Part shown: positions 27,737 through 41,524 of the stretch, in pieces | Position numbering within the stretch: position 1 is the first letter of the stretch | Layout: the number at the start of each line of letters is the position of its first letter | Source: Eledone cirrhosa | Taxonomy: Eukaryota | Assembly: GCA_964016885.1 (NCBI GenBank) | Contig: OZ024747.1 | Span: forward strand, 91,140,001 to 91,204,000 | Direction of reading: 5' to 3' | Length of the DNA: 64,000 nt | Notes under the pieces: model-generated | The model's input: the letters and a program-made list of their open reading frames with translations, nothing else | What the model was told of the DNA's origin: nothing | Databases searched by the model: none | Position numbers and translations under genes: made by a program

Positions 27737-29411
27737 GAGCTATTGCAGGGCATCCCTCTGGAACCGGGACTGCGGAAAGCGGCGTCGGCCTACGCCGACG
27801 ACGTGACAGTAATGGTGTGGAGCGCCTCGCAAATCGAGGAAGTCGGTACCTTACTAAAGGAATACGAAAGTCTCACAGGAGCGAAGCTGAACCGGGACAA
27901 GTCCATCGGTTTGCAACTCGGATCGTGGAGAGGCAGACCGATGCCTTCCGATGGCGTCGTCGGACGCTGGACGGAAGGACCGGTAAAGCTGCTCGGGGTC
28001 TGATTTGGTCCGGACCTCCAGGTGGAGAAGAACTGGAACGAAGTGACGGCCAAGGTGTTTGCACTCACCCAGAAGTGGGCCGAGTGCAAACTATCCTTGA
28101 AAGGTCGAGCGGAGGTGGCGAACACTTTTATAGCGTCCGCCATCTACTACCGCTTGACCGTCGTGCCTTGTCCAGCCAAAACGCTCGCCAAAATGGAGCG
28201 CGCGCTCTTCCGATTCCTTTGGAAGAGGCGGGCTCCTTTGGTGAGAAGATCCATCTGCTGCCAACACCCTTCTAACGGAGGGCTGGGGATGCCGTGGTTG
28301 ACGATGCGCAAACACGCGCTCAGGCTGCGGCATCTCTACGTATTCCTCACCGGACAACCGGTGTGGGCCCCGTTCGTGAGGCGAGCCTTCCCACGACTCG
28401 TCTCGCTGACCGAGCTGCAGTCCTGGGTCAAGCAGAGACCGAGGAAAATGGGCGACTGGCACATCGAATGTGCTCAGGCGCTCACATCCCTCTGGCAGGC
28501 GGACCCGGCGGTCAGTGGAGACTCCACTTCGTCATTCTATAGAGGGTTGGTCCGCAGCAAGTGCGACGACGCGCTCGGTGAAACTCTGGGCGTAGAGGAA
28601 GATGAACTGGCCAGTCTGTTCGGTAGGACCTTCCGCCCGGGACCGATGGACAACTTCCAAAAGTCCCTGGCCTGGGAGTGCTACCGAGGAGCTCTACCAG
28701 TTCGAGACAAGCTCTACAGACATGGGCGCCCGGGCAGGGACCCTGCAAAAAAAATCTGTCCGAGGTGCGTGCGAGACGAAGAAACCGTCGCGCACGCATT
28801 CATACACTGCCCGGGCGTCACTGACCTGTGGGGCTATGTAGAACGACTATTGTCGCGGGTGGGACCAATCCAGTTGACCACCGAGTCCATTGTCATGATC
28901 AAACCGCCACCCTCCTTCAAAAACGAAGGAGAGGCGGTTTTCCTTTGTGTGATAGCTATGGCGAAAGAGGTTGTATGGTGGACAAGGTTGAAAGGGCTGA
29001 GGTCAGACACCTTTCTCTCCGGCCAACAACTGATTCTTTTTTTCAAATACCACTTTGGAAGAAGAATCAGGATGGAGAGAGAGGTGCTGTACCCCAGCAA
29101 GTTTTATGAAAGGTGGGTGAAAGTGGCGAGAATGGCCCGAGTGAATGGGCCTTCTCTCTATATCAGCCTGTAGGTTGAGGAAAAGGAGGAGGAGAGGAAA
29201 GGAGTACAAGCTCTTCGTACTCCTGGAGATGAGGGTTGCACATTTTTTTTCGGGTGTATGTGTTGCCCATATAAACTGTCTCCCTCTATTGGGGAAAATG
29301 GACTAACTTTTAAATTCCATCTGTGATAACATTTTACACGTTTTTATTGTATGTAAACTTCCCCCTTTGTATTTGTCCCCTTCTTTTGTGCCCCTGTGGC
29401 TAAGAAAGAAA
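27737..29411 (+). mobile_element. 5'-truncated L1/Tx1-clade LINE (RT C-terminus and CCHC region)
   Basis: SAYADD RT motif, KLLGV*F with a single in-frame TGA at 28001-28003, KLSLKGR, GGLG, CPRC..ETVAHAFIHC; stop at 29173, then a 3' UTR. Confidence 0.9.
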
Positions 29412-29483
29412 TATATCTATCTATGTATCTATCTATCTATCTATCTATTTATCTATCTATTTATTTATCTATCTATCTATCTA

Positions 29484-29768
<285 letters not shown>

Positions 29769-29821
29769 CTATATATATATATATATAAATATATATATGT
29801 GTGTGTATGTGTGTATATACT

Positions 29822-29862
<41 letters not shown>

Positions 29863-29889
29863 ACACACATATATATATATATGTATATG

Positions 29890-29922
<33 letters not shown>

Positions 29923-29938
29923 CGTGCGTGTCTGCGCG

Positions 29939-29979
<41 letters not shown>

Positions 29980-30417
29980 GGGTGAGGGAGATAGGCAGAC
30001 AGATCGTCAAATTGAAAGATAAATAGACAGACACAGATACAGACAGAAATACAGATAATTAGATATATACCATACCATTGTGTAAAGTTGTGACAGTAAA
30101 TAAAAGTCAATAAAAAAGAAAACAAAAAAAAAATACAAAAAAAAATAATAATAACACACACACACATACTCAGACACACTAAAAGAGGCGCTTCCAGCAT
30201 CCATTTATTATTTCGAACATCAAAAGACATCCTGATATTTTTATATCTGAATTTTGTTAGAAATATGATAGTAATATCAATTTCTGCCGTCTCATGCCGA
30301 TTTTGGTAAAATTGGAAGACAATGGCATCAAGCTGAGAGTCTGGGACGTCACTGGAAGGTTTTGTTATAAAACTGAAATCGTATCTATCAAGGTTTTCGT
30401 TAGTTATTTTATATATG

Positions 30418-30482
<65 letters not shown>

Positions 30483-30619
30483 GCATATATATATATGTAA
30501 ATATATATATATATATATATATAGTGAAAGAGAGAGAGAGGGGGAGAGAGGGGGGAGAGCGAGAGAGCCATTCATACATACATCTATACACACACACACA
30601 CATATATATATATAAATAG

Positions 30620-30654
<35 letters not shown>

Positions 30655-30969
30655 GTGAGAGAGAGAGAGCGTATATAATATAGTTTATAATACTAAATCC
30701 GGAGACATGAATTTCTGTTTGTGTGTTCCTTGAATTTCGTGAAAACAATCCATTGTAAGCGAAACAGCATATTCTTAAACTCCAGCGTTTTGGACAAAAA
30801 TGCAGTTCAGTTCTTGGAATGGAATGTTGATAAAACAAATATGTTTTTATATTATATGAATCTTATATAAAATTGAGAAAACTTATTTGCTGCACTTACT
30901 AGTCAGGCATATAACAAGAGAGAAAAAAAAAACGTGTGCGTACACAAACACAGACACAAAGACACATAT

Positions 30970-31176
30970 AACTGTTTCTACTTTGGGCACAATGCCAGCA
31001 ATTATCTCAGTGTATTACTGGTACTTTATTTTATCGACCCCGTAAGGATGAAAGGCAAAGTCAACCTCGCTGGGATTTGAGATTAACTTTGCCTTTCATC
31101 CTTACGGGGTCGATAAAATAAAATACCAGTAATACACTGGATAATTGCTGGCCTTGTGCCAAAAGTAGAAACAGTT
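30970..31176. mobile_element. Inverted pair of SINE family A 3' halves forming a hairpin
   Basis: 30970-31080 is minus strand and 31083-31176 is plus strand; the symmetry extends into flanking CACATATAACTG. Confidence 0.8.
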
Positions 31177-31362
31177 ATATGTGTATAACAACGAGCGCTT
31201 TCAACAGAAAAGCACATAGGGAAGCAAACACATACATAAACAGATATACAGTTTTCCAAGAGACGTCAACATGAATGAGTCTGTTATTTTTATCTGAAGA
31301 CATTTTTTCCAATTCCAATTCCAACCCGCCCCTCCCTTCAATCTATCTTATTTCTCATTCTT

Positions 31363-31398
31363 TCTTCTGATGAAGGACTAGCGTCCGAAATGTTAAGA
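31363..31398 (+). ncRNA. Minimal type I hammerhead (Penelope type)
   Basis: tctt CTGATGA a ggac-tagc-gtcc GAAA tg TT aaga; GAAACGTH-like with one C->T change. Confidence 0.65.
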
Positions 31399-31478
31399 CC
31401 CTCTTCCTGTTATTTTAAGCGTTAACCTAATATATTCCTTCCATATACTGTACTGATTGTGTTGTTATTTCTGTTTAT

Positions 31479-31552
<74 letters not shown>

Positions 31553-31555
<3 letters not shown>

Positions 31556-31752
31556 CGAAGGAAATGTGGTAAGGAACCAGGTGAACCATAACGCACCAAA
31601 GTACTCAATACTTAGGGTAGTAGAGTGGGTAAAAGGAACAAGTAAAACCCCGACGGCTGAGCTCAAGCCGTTTCGACGGCTAATTCTGTACTCAATTACA
31701 GAATTAGCCGTCGAAACGGCTTGAGCTCAGCCGTCGGGGTCTTACTTGTTCC
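31553..31752 (-). mobile_element. Family H fold-back element with near-perfect inverted arms of about 57 bp
   Basis: 31635-31690 mirrors 31697-31752. Confidence 0.8.
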
Positions 31753-32115
31753 TATATATATATATATATGGGGAGGGTCATATTTGTGTAATAATATTGC
31801 CAGAATTAATAACAGAACACACTCACTGTTTGGTTGGTTTTCGCTTCTGTGTCTTTTATGTCGGTTAATTTAATTTATTCGGGCCTCAATGTTATATATA
31901 TATATATATATATAGAGTAATAATAATAAATTTGAAGACTAAAATCCGAAGAGGGCTCGATAAGGATAATATATATATCAAAATATATAAAACCATGGAG
32001 CAAATATTTATTAAAATAACAGATTAAAGTTTAAGCAAAGAATCGCTGCTTTCACCCTCAACAGGATCTTCTGAAGATCCCGTTAAGAGTGAAATCATTA
32101 TTTTAGTCTTGATAG

Positions 32116-32297
32116 TAGATTGGCAGTATCGGTAGAGGGTCGGACGCCATGCTTTGCAACATAGAGTTGCGGTGCTTTACTGTGTGATTTCAAATCCCGC
32201 CGCGGTTAAATTTGCTTTTCATCCTTACGGAGTCGATAAAATATGGCACCAGTAATGCTGGGGTAATTGCTGACCTTGTGCCAAAAGTAGAAACAAT
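32116..32297 (+). mobile_element. SINE family A
   Basis: Full match; imperfect TSD ATCATT..TTAG(T/C)CTT. Confidence 0.85.
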
Positions 32298-32879
32298 CAT
32301 TTTAGCCTTCTTACATAATCGTTGAAAATTTATATTACTTATTCTTAGATTTAAATATAACATACATTATATTTTTATAATTGATAAAATAGGATATTTA
32401 TAAATTTAATAAACTAATTTTCATATTACAATTTATTTCGTTTAGAAATTGTTATAATCATAACTCTTTGAATATTTTACTATCTAATCTCAAGCAGGTT
32501 ATGGAGTGTGTTTGTCCTTTGTTTACCAGGCATTTCGGCACCTGAAGAAAGAATGTTCAATGATGAATAGTATTTGGTTTCAAGCAAGATGACAAATAAA
32601 TAAATTTACACTAAAAAGACTGTATTGTAATGAGAATATTGACTTGAGCTGCAATGAGTTCTTTGCAAAAAAATATATCAAACTTTCAATAATGTTCATT
32701 CAAGTGAAAATTATAAATGGTCAAACAAGTGTTCAGAGGGAAAAATTAATGAAATGTTCATGTTTTTTGAAATGCTGAATTTAAAATTAATGTTAATGAT
32801 ATAAACTAATACTATTTGCTTTTTTTTTTTTTTTTTGTAATCTTTTGTGTCAGTATTAAAAAAAAAAATTAGGTCATGA

Positions 32880-33148
32880 AAGTACTACCTATTTCAAGAT
32901 CGGAACGTCAGGAGTCCGTCTGAGGTGGCTGTTGCAACGAGTGTCGCTGGCCTTTGTCCGCAGGAATGCTTTTGCTGTCTTGTCCACGGGATGCAGCCCC
33001 AATACCGCCGCGCCCTAGGCCAAAAGACCATCACCCTCTCCCTTTCCCATCCCCTTCTTCTGTGCACCTAGAGCCCTTGCCTCTCCCTTTCTTTTCCGTT
33101 TTCATAACCACAAAAGACACTTGTAGTTTTTACAATCACAATAAAACC
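32880..33148 (+). mobile_element. Probable 3' end of a CRE-like (RLE) non-LTR element
   Basis: GC-richer segment translating as RWLLQRVSLAFVRRNAFAVL, resembling xLxQRxSxAxxRGNAxxI; ends near AATAAA. Confidence 0.5.
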
Positions 33149-33506
33149 TTATACAGTATTTCTATAATAAAATTGAAACCTGTCCCGGTTCGAAACTCCA
33201 GGCCTAAACAACGAAAAGATTCTCAAATACGGCTGAATTACAAATGCGATGACACTTGGAAAGTATGACCACTTAGGAATGAAGTATAAGAATGAAGAGA
33301 AGAGCATAGAAATACTGAAGGTGACATAAGACAAAATTTAAGTGGTGTTTAACATATAATACAAATTCCACTCAAGACATTATAATAGACTATGCCACAA
33401 TACACTAAACCTCCCAGCTATATACATTATATTCCTCTACTACTCTAACCCACAATACATATTAAACTATATAAAGATATACTACACAATCGTAGAGGAC
33501 ACCAAA

Positions 33507-33686
33507 TTGGCCTTATCGCTAGAGGGTCGACGCCATGCTTTCCAGCATAGAGTTACGGCCCTTGCCATTCTGAGTTCAAATCCCGCCGAGGTTAACTCTG
33601 CCTTTCATCCTTACGGGGTCGATAAAATAATGTACCAGTAATGCACTGGGGTAATTGCTGGCTTTGTTCCAAAAGTAGAAACAATT
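33507..33686 (+). mobile_element. SINE family A
   Basis: Full match. Confidence 0.85.
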
Positions 33687-34259
33687 ATATTACAATCTCA
33701 TACACCGCACTACACACTATGCTAGACTATATAATCGTATATAATATATTACAATAATATACTAAAATACTATAATATACTTTACTACACCACATTCTAT
33801 AGTACTAAACAATATAACCTACTTCCCTACAGGACACTACTAATATACTGTATTACAATATACTATCATACAAGGCACTACACACTGCACTGGACTATAC
33901 CACCATACACCACACATATCAGCCCTATATTGTATATTGACACTGTATCATATTACAGTAAAAAAAATACCACACTACAGTGCAATATAATACCCTTACC
34001 TATACGACATATATTACAGTATAATACAATGCATTATGCGGCACCTATACCAGACCTGTCAACTCTCCCCTTCCGATGGGGAGATCTCCCACCCACTTTG
34101 GGGTGGGTGCGAGATGTCTTCTCTTGTGAAAATGGGTATAGCTTTCATTATGTAAATTCTCCCCGTTTCTATGCCCTTCTTTAGAGTCAAGCCAATGATA
34201 TCAATATGCAAGCATGAAACAAATCACCAATGCTCATTTCTATGAAACAATAATTACCT

Positions 34260-35030
34260 CATCGTTGGTATTTACTGCTTGACTTGATCTGTGAAAGTGA
34301 TGATCCGTCTCTTCTTAAATGCGAAATTTTCGGAAAGTTTCTCTCGAATGGGCGAATGGTTTCAAGCAAATTACAATAACATTTGGAGAAACTAGTGCCA
34401 CTCGGAAAGCAAGAAAATTGAATACTTTAATCAACTTGTAGAAAGTAACAAATGTGCAGGTACAATAATTATTAACAAAGTAACTATTTTCGATGCTTCC
34501 TCTAGCACCGAGGTGACGTTAATACTTGCAAAATAAATGAAAACGCACACTGTTGGTCAAACGTTAATTCTGTCAGCTGGAAAAGAAATTTTATTAACAA
34601 TGTTAAATGAAGAAGCCATAAAAGAAATAATGAAAATTCCATTGACAAATAACATAGAACCTTGCCGTATCCTATAGATGCCATATAATATAGAATCATA
34701 TATTGCTCCAAAACTTCAAGTGAGTAAGGCCTTCGAATTAAAGTTAAATAAAAGTGCCGATGTCAATGGAAAGGTAAAAACCTAACCAATTTGTTGATGC
34801 TGACAAAATTAGTTTGCAGTTCTTTGTTTGTCTTGAATTTTGAGCAACAACTACAGGTTTGGTAATTTTCGACTGTTTCAATCACTTGTTTGAGAAAATG
34901 GAGCATCAGTGTTAGTTTTCTACTGCGATATGCACAAACGACGCATATATGATAGCAGACTCCATTAAAGCTTTCATTGTACGTGCAAATCAGATAGATT
35001 CTCCTATCATTTCAACTCAATTGAAATGTT
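34260..35030 (+). pseudogene. hAT (Buster/Charlie, ZBED5/8-like) transposase relic
   Basis: KCEIFGKFLSNGRMVSSKLQ*HLE (like CxICxxxLSNxSMxPSKLxRHL), SKAFELKLNKSADV (like FALQLDESTD), TTTGLVIFDCFN and AICTNDA (like ICTDGA). Heavily decayed. Confidence 0.75.
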
Positions 35031-35149
35031 GACATCACATTAACCATTTCTCTAACCCTATTTAAATCACCTCTAAACCTAATTCTCAAACAACAGACTT
35101 AACATTTCAACTACCATATCAACTAACCCTCTTTTAAATGAATGCTCTC

Positions 35150-35420
35150 GTGCGCTGCAGCCCAGTGCGTTGAGCCGGTACTTATCCCGATTTCATGGCG
35201 TGAAGCGACTGAGAGTACACGACTTCCGGCTGGACAGGACGCCATTTTATCGCAGGATTAAACCCCCAGCTATTGCTGGTACACATTTTCAGCTGCGTAT
35301 ACTGGAGCAACATGAAATGAAATATTTTCTTTAAGAACACACACGCAACCCAGCCAAGGAATCGAACCCATGACATTACGATCGTAAGTCGAACACCCTT
35401 ACAACTAGGCCACGTACCTT
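35150..35420 (-). mobile_element. SINE family B
   Basis: The minus strand has TGGCCTAGTTG and GGTTCGATTCC; homologous to 12140-12400. Confidence 0.75.
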
Positions 35421-35668
35421 TACTTTTAAATACCACCACTAAATTCATCCAACTATCACACTCAATGTAGTCATATCAAATATACAGTAGACATGGATAT
35501 GTTCATAACATATATAGGAGTCAATAGAATTGAAGAGATAAAAATAAGATACGATGCACATTTATACTTTGGTATCCCAGGTACAACATTTGACCAGCAG
35601 AAAGAAACAGCAATAATGGTGTAGAGAAGAGAGGGAAATATGAACACACTTGTGTTGAAAAAGAGAAG

Positions 35669-35708
<40 letters not shown>

Positions 35709-35940
35709 TGTATGTGTGTGTGAAAGGGAGAGAAAGAAAGTATGTGTGTGTGTGTTCTCACACACTCTAGAGGAGTAACAACTGTCGCACCCTGACACTC
35801 TATTTTCCCCTTTGATTGTAGAGCTACCACCGGAACCTATCTTTCGGCGTACAAGTAAAGACTTGACAACAGATGGTGAAATATATCCAGGTTGGCATAC
35901 ACCCCACCATTGATTCATTGGTACATATTATCGTGTAGAA

Positions 35941-36561
35941 CAGAGTTTCTCAAAGAGGGCACTATTCCCCCCTCCCCCGAGGGGTGAGGCTTGAGAAGGT
36001 CCGGGTGTAGAGCCTAAGGGTGTGGTGGGGAAGCGGTAGAGATGATATAATAGTATATTAAATATCAAATGATAAATATTATATATTAATATAGTAAAAT
36101 AAAAAATTATATAATATTTATTTATACACAGTATATATTATATTATTTATTATATATAAATTAACCATATATCCCTACTATGGTTATATAGCTTCGAATT
36201 GAAGGGCGATATACATTGGTGGCGTGTTGGTGTAATGGTAGCACGTTGGTCGGACAAACCAAAGATGCAGGTTCGTATCCGCTGTACGTCTATCCTCATT
36301 CTTTTTTTTCCATTCAGAGGGTCTTTTAAAAATCCCAACTAACAGATTAATTATACTTAGTCGATCACGGCATAAGCACATGTTACCACTTAATTTTCAA
36401 ATTCGCTAGCCGTTTCTAAACAAAGCCTGCTTTATGTCTTCCTATTTAATCATTTTATTCATTATATATTATTCACAATTTGTATATAGGCAGGTCTCTC
36501 AGGAAGGTATTACGTGTGATCGTGAGAGGGGGAGCTGGGCCCCAAAGTTTGAGAACCTCTG
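35941..36561. mobile_element. hAT (Charlie-type) non-autonomous element carrying a tRNA-like sequence
   Basis: TIRs CAGAGTTTCTCAAA / TTTGAGAACCTCTG; imperfect 8-bp TSD GTGTAGAA / GTGTAAAT. Confidence 0.65.
36221..36292 (+). pseudogene. tRNA-like sequence (pseudo-tRNA or SINE head)
   Basis: D arm GTGT/GCAC, anticodon stem TTGGT/ACCAA with loop CGGACAA (lacks U33), GGTTCG T-loop. Weak acceptor stem and broken T stem. Confidence 0.55.
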
Positions 36562-36699
36562 GTGTAAATACAGATCTATGCTGGACGCGTACATGGTATA
36601 ACTTGGGAGATGGATTTGTAGGGACGGGCCTATCGTTCAATCTACTACATGCAACACAAGAACAGTGGAATTAAACCAAAATGAAAATTCATAATACAA

Positions 36700-37162
36700 T
36701 GATTTCTACTATAGGCCCAAGGCCAGCAATTGGGGGAGAGGAAAGTCAATTACATAGACCCCTCTGCATTACTGGTAATTTATTTTATCGATCCCGTAAC
36801 GATGAAAGCCAAAGCTAACCTCGGGGAGATTTGAACTCAGAAAGTAAAGGGGTGTGACTCTATGCTATAAAGCATGTTGTCCGATGTTCTAAGAAATACA
36901 GAAATAAATGTCAACAAAATATTCCTCAAACCTTATTTTCTTAAAGGAATGGATAAATCAGATTATGTGAATCTGGTGTGCACTGCACAAGAGACAGATG
37001 AGATGGCTACACCAGCGCATTACTGGTGTATTACTGGTACATTATTTCATCGACCCCGTAAGGATGAGAGGCAAAGCTAACCTCGGCGGGATTTCAACTC
37101 AGAAGGTAAAGGGCCGTAACTCTATGCCGCGAAGCAGGGTGTCCGATGTTCTACCGATGCTG
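36700..37162 (-). mobile_element. Two SINE family A copies (36700-36892 and 37010-37162)
   Basis: Reverse-complement matches to family A. Confidence 0.8.
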
Positions 37163-37274
37163 ATTTCTAACATCTGTTTTACAATGACGTCATCGTTTTT
37201 CTCTTCTATTCTTTTACTCATCCTCACTCTCACTCTCCCTATCTCTTTTCATTTCAAACCTTTTTCTATCTTAA

Positions 37275-37332
<58 letters not shown>

Positions 37333-37349
37333 ACACACACACACATACT

Positions 37350-37385
<36 letters not shown>

Positions 37386-37466
37386 CACACACACGCTCTC
37401 TTTCTCTCTTTCACACGATATCCCGACACCTTATTGTCTTTAATCGGAACTTTTTTGGGGGTATCT

Positions 37467-38290
37467 ACCACCAACACTACAACCACTACTACCACTACTA
37501 CAACCAGCACCACCACCGACAAACCAGCACCACCACCAACACTACAGCCACTACTACCACCACCAACAAACCAAGCTCTACATCACAACCAGCACCACCA
37601 CCAACACTACAACCACTACTACCACCAACAAACCAGCACCACCACCAACACTACAGCCACTACTACCACCACCAACAAACCAAGCTCTACATCACAACCA
37701 GCACCACCACCAACACTACAACCATTACTACCACCAACAAACCAGCACCACCACCAACACTACAACCACTACTACCACCAACAAACCAGCACCACCACCA
37801 ACACTACAACCACTACTACCACCAACAAACCAGCACCACCACCAACACTACAACCACTACTACCACGAACAAACCAGCACCACCACCAACACTACAACCA
37901 CTACTACCACCAACAAACCAGCACCACCACCAACACTACAACCACTACTACCACCAACAAACCAGCACCACCACCAACACTACAACCACTACTACCACCA
38001 ACAAACCAGCACCACCACCAACACTACAACCACTACTACCACGAACAAACCAGCACCACCACCAACACTACAACCACTACTACCACCAACAAACCAGCAC
38101 CACCACCAACACTACAACCACTACTACCACGAACAAACCAGCACCACCACCAACACTACAACCACTACTACCACCAACAAACCAGCACCACCACCAACAC
38201 TACAACCACTACTACCACCAACAAACCAACACCACCACCAACACTACAACCACTACTACCACCAACAAACCAGCACCACCACCATCAATA
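37467..38290. repeat. 44-bp CAC/CAA-rich minisatellite
   Basis: Unit ACCAGCACCACCACCAACACTACAACCACTACTACCACCAACAA, e.g. at 37741 and 37785. Confidence 0.9.
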
Positions 38291-39357
38291 CCATAGTTAT
38301 TGTTAACCACCACCGCCATTATCACAACTACATCACAAGTATTTTGCATCTGGCGTCCACCAAAGGTCGCCTTAGAAAAGCTGGCACCAACACACCAGTT
38401 GATTTCTACTATATCAATAATAAGATGGATTTATCACAAATGATTGTATATTTAGTCCGCCGGGGCTGTGGGTGGGCTCCACCGCGTACCATTACATTAG
38501 TTAAATACCATTCTTTCATCTCATACATATATATATATAACAGTAACATCCTATATGAGACATTTATCTCTGGTTCAACAACAAACATCTTAAGTCCATT
38601 GCCCTATTAGAACTAAATGTCCGTTTAGAGGGATGGAGGGGATGCTGAGAGGTTGAGCAGAAGAAGAGAGACGGGATAACGCTAAAGAAAGGAGCAGTAA
38701 TATTATGATAAAGGAAGTGGATTTAGAACAGGAGACATTGTGGTATGGAGAGAAAAAGATCTTGGCAGTAAAATGGAAACATAACGAGTGAGAGAGTGAG
38801 AGAGAGTGGGAGAGGAGAAACATAAAGAGAAAGAGGGTGAGAGAGAGAGGGGGGAGAGAAACATAAGGAGAAAGAGAGTGAGATAGAGTGAGAGGGGAGA
38901 AATAGAAAGGGAAAGAGAGTGAGATAGAGAGTGAGAGAGAGAGTGGGAGGAGAGAGAAAGAGAAAGAGAGTGAGAGAGAGAGTGGGAGGAGGGAAAGAGA
39001 AAGATTTAGAGAAAGTATATGATCAAATTTCAGAAGTAGTAAGGCTTGGAAGGGGGTGGGTGGGGTGGGGGGGGGGGGGTGTAAAATAACAAGATATAAA
39101 TAAATATATACATTCTGATTTGAAATCAGAATGTAAAGTGACGTAACTCTATGCTGCAAAGCATGTTGTTCGACGCTCTACCGATTCTGCTAATATTATA
39201 TTGCAGAATGAACACAACGGAGTCAGGAACATATCTCGTAAGAGACGCAGATAAAATACGGAGTGAATGATATACGGAAAAAGTTAGGAGAAAAAAGAAA
39301 TTCACAATTTAAAATGTGTAAACATTTTGTTTGTATATATATATATATATATATATA

Positions 39358-39500
39358 TAGTCCAGAAATAGCCGTCGAAACCGCTTGAGCTCTGCCGTCG
39401 GGGTCTTGAATATTTTCCTATTGCCCACTCTACTACCCTAAGTATTGAGTACTCTGGTGCGTTATGGTCCATCTGGTTCCTTACCACACTTCCTTCGTTA
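39358..39500 (+). mobile_element. Family H element without an inverted arm
   Basis: tagtccagaaatagccgtc GAAA ccgc..gccg TC ggggtc plus the family body; (TA)n on both sides. Confidence 0.8.
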
Positions 39501-39658
39501 TATATATATATATATTTCTTAAGGTTTGTTGGTTCACCACTGGAGAGAACTGGTCATTCCGTATGGTCAATCCTGGTGTAATATTGTGAAGAGTACTCAA
39601 CGCAGTGCAGTTCACCCATCTTCGTTTGTGTAGTTGGTGGTGCGAATACGGAGTTAAT

Positions 39659-39882
39659 TATAAATGAAGTAACAGGAGGCTGGACTGGTGTAAATCCTTG
39701 AAAGGTTTATTATACTATGATCATTTCAATGACCGGGTTCCATATGAATCCGGTGATATCATCAGGTATTGGAATATAACAACTGATGATATCACCGGAT
39801 TCATATGGAACCCGGTCATTGAAATGATCATAGTATAATAAACCTTTCAAGGATTTACACCAGTCCAGCCTCCTGTTACTTC

Positions 39883-39889
<7 letters not shown>
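39659..39889. mobile_element. Fold-back unit with 107-bp arms and an HHR core on both strands
   Basis: 39659-39765 mirrors 39783-39889. Confidence 0.85.
39712..39769 (-). ncRNA. Type I hammerhead ribozyme
   Basis: atac CTGATGA tatc-accgg-attcatatggaac-ccggt-catt GAAA tgatca TA gtat. Confidence 0.8.
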
Positions 39890-39922
<33 letters not shown>

Positions 39923-40082
39923 TTAATACATTAACAGAGAAAGCCTTAAGCGATACTCCGACCGACTCCCATCTCACTCGACAAACATTAGGATATATCT
40001 GAGTATAATCCCAATTAAGCGTTTGGGATGCTAACTATATTGTATATCGTGGATAGTCGGCTGTATTATTTTATATGAGACA

Positions 40083-40271
40083 GGGCGGTGAATTGGCAGT
40101 ATCGGTAGAGGGTCGGACGCCATGCTTTGACACATAGAGTTACGACCCTTGCCATTCTGAGTTCAAATCCCGTCGAGGTTAACTTTGCCTTTCATCCTAA
40201 CGGGGGTCGATAAAATAAAGTACCAGTAATACACTGGGATAATTGCTGGCCTTGTGCCTATTGTAGAAACA
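40083..40271 (+). mobile_element. Young SINE family A copy with an 18-bp TSD
   Basis: ATTATTTTATATGAGACA at 40065-40082 and 40272-40289. Confidence 0.9.
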
Positions 40272-40346
40272 ATTATTTTATATGAGACATAATTAAATAA
40301 ATCTCTTTTTCCATACGATCGTTTCGTTATAAGATTTCTACAAGGT

Positions 40347-40390
<44 letters not shown>

Positions 40391-40597
40391 GGGGGGGGGG
40401 GGTACATACAAACATCTCTTACCCACCCCAAAGTCTATGGGAGATCTCCATATATATATGAGAGGAGGGCTGTGTGGCTACTGATAACATGTGTTAGGAG
40501 GTAAGGGACAGAAACAAGAAGTTGACAGTCTCCCTTCGTCAGAAGTTAACTACGGGTCACGGATGTTTCGACGCATTACACACACACACACGCACGC

Positions 40598-40657
<60 letters not shown>

Positions 40658-40735
40658 CTATATATATACACATATATTCTCAATGCTTAAAAAAAAAAAA
40701 TTCGACTTCGAACATTATTTATTATATATATATAT

Positions 40736-41160
40736 AATTGTTTCTACTTTTGGCACAAGGTCAGCAATTACCCAGTACATTACTGGTACTTTATTTTATC
40801 GACCCCTTAAGGATGAAAGGCAAAGTTAACCTCGGCGGGATTTGAACTCGGACCGTAAAAGGACGTAACTATATATAATTGTTTCTACTTTTTGGCACAA
40901 GGCCAGCAATTAACCAGTGCATTACTGGTACTTTATTTCATCGACCCCCTGAGGATGAAAGGCAAAGTTAACCTCGGTGGATTGGCAGTATCGATAGAGG
41001 GTCGGACGCCATGCTTTGCAGCAAAGAGTTAAGGCCCTTTATGGTCTGAGTTCAAATCCCGCCAAGGTAACTTTGCCTTTCATCCTTACGGGGTCGATAA
41101 AATAAAGTACCAGTCATACACTGGGATAATTGCTGACCTTGTGCCAAAAGTAGAAACAAT
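40736..41160. mobile_element. Cluster of three SINE family A pieces (two minus, one plus)
   Basis: 40736-40872 (-), 40877-40980 (-) and 40976-41160 (+). Confidence 0.8.
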
Positions 41161-41203
41161 ATATAATATATATATACATACATACATATATATATATACA
41201 TAC

Positions 41204-41234
<31 letters not shown>

Positions 41235-41491
41235 TGTGTGTGTGTGTATATGTTATGGAATACTGTTAGCTTCTCGCTACAATAATTTCTATACTTTTCA
41301 TTTATATATATATGTATATATATATATTTGAAAAAAAGGAAAACCAGGACTTCACTTGTAGTGTTAAATAATTTGATTTAATTTTATAATATTATAATAT
41401 TAAATCAAATTATTTAACACTACAAGTGAATTCATTCTTTTCCCTTTTTTCAAATATACCTAACTGTACCAAGGATCTCACACATTTTCCA

Positions 41492-41524
<33 letters not shown>

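Noticed and set aside
36221-36292. Functional tRNA-Val(GAC)
   Set aside because: No U33, a broken T stem and a GU-rich acceptor stem; kept only as tRNA-like.
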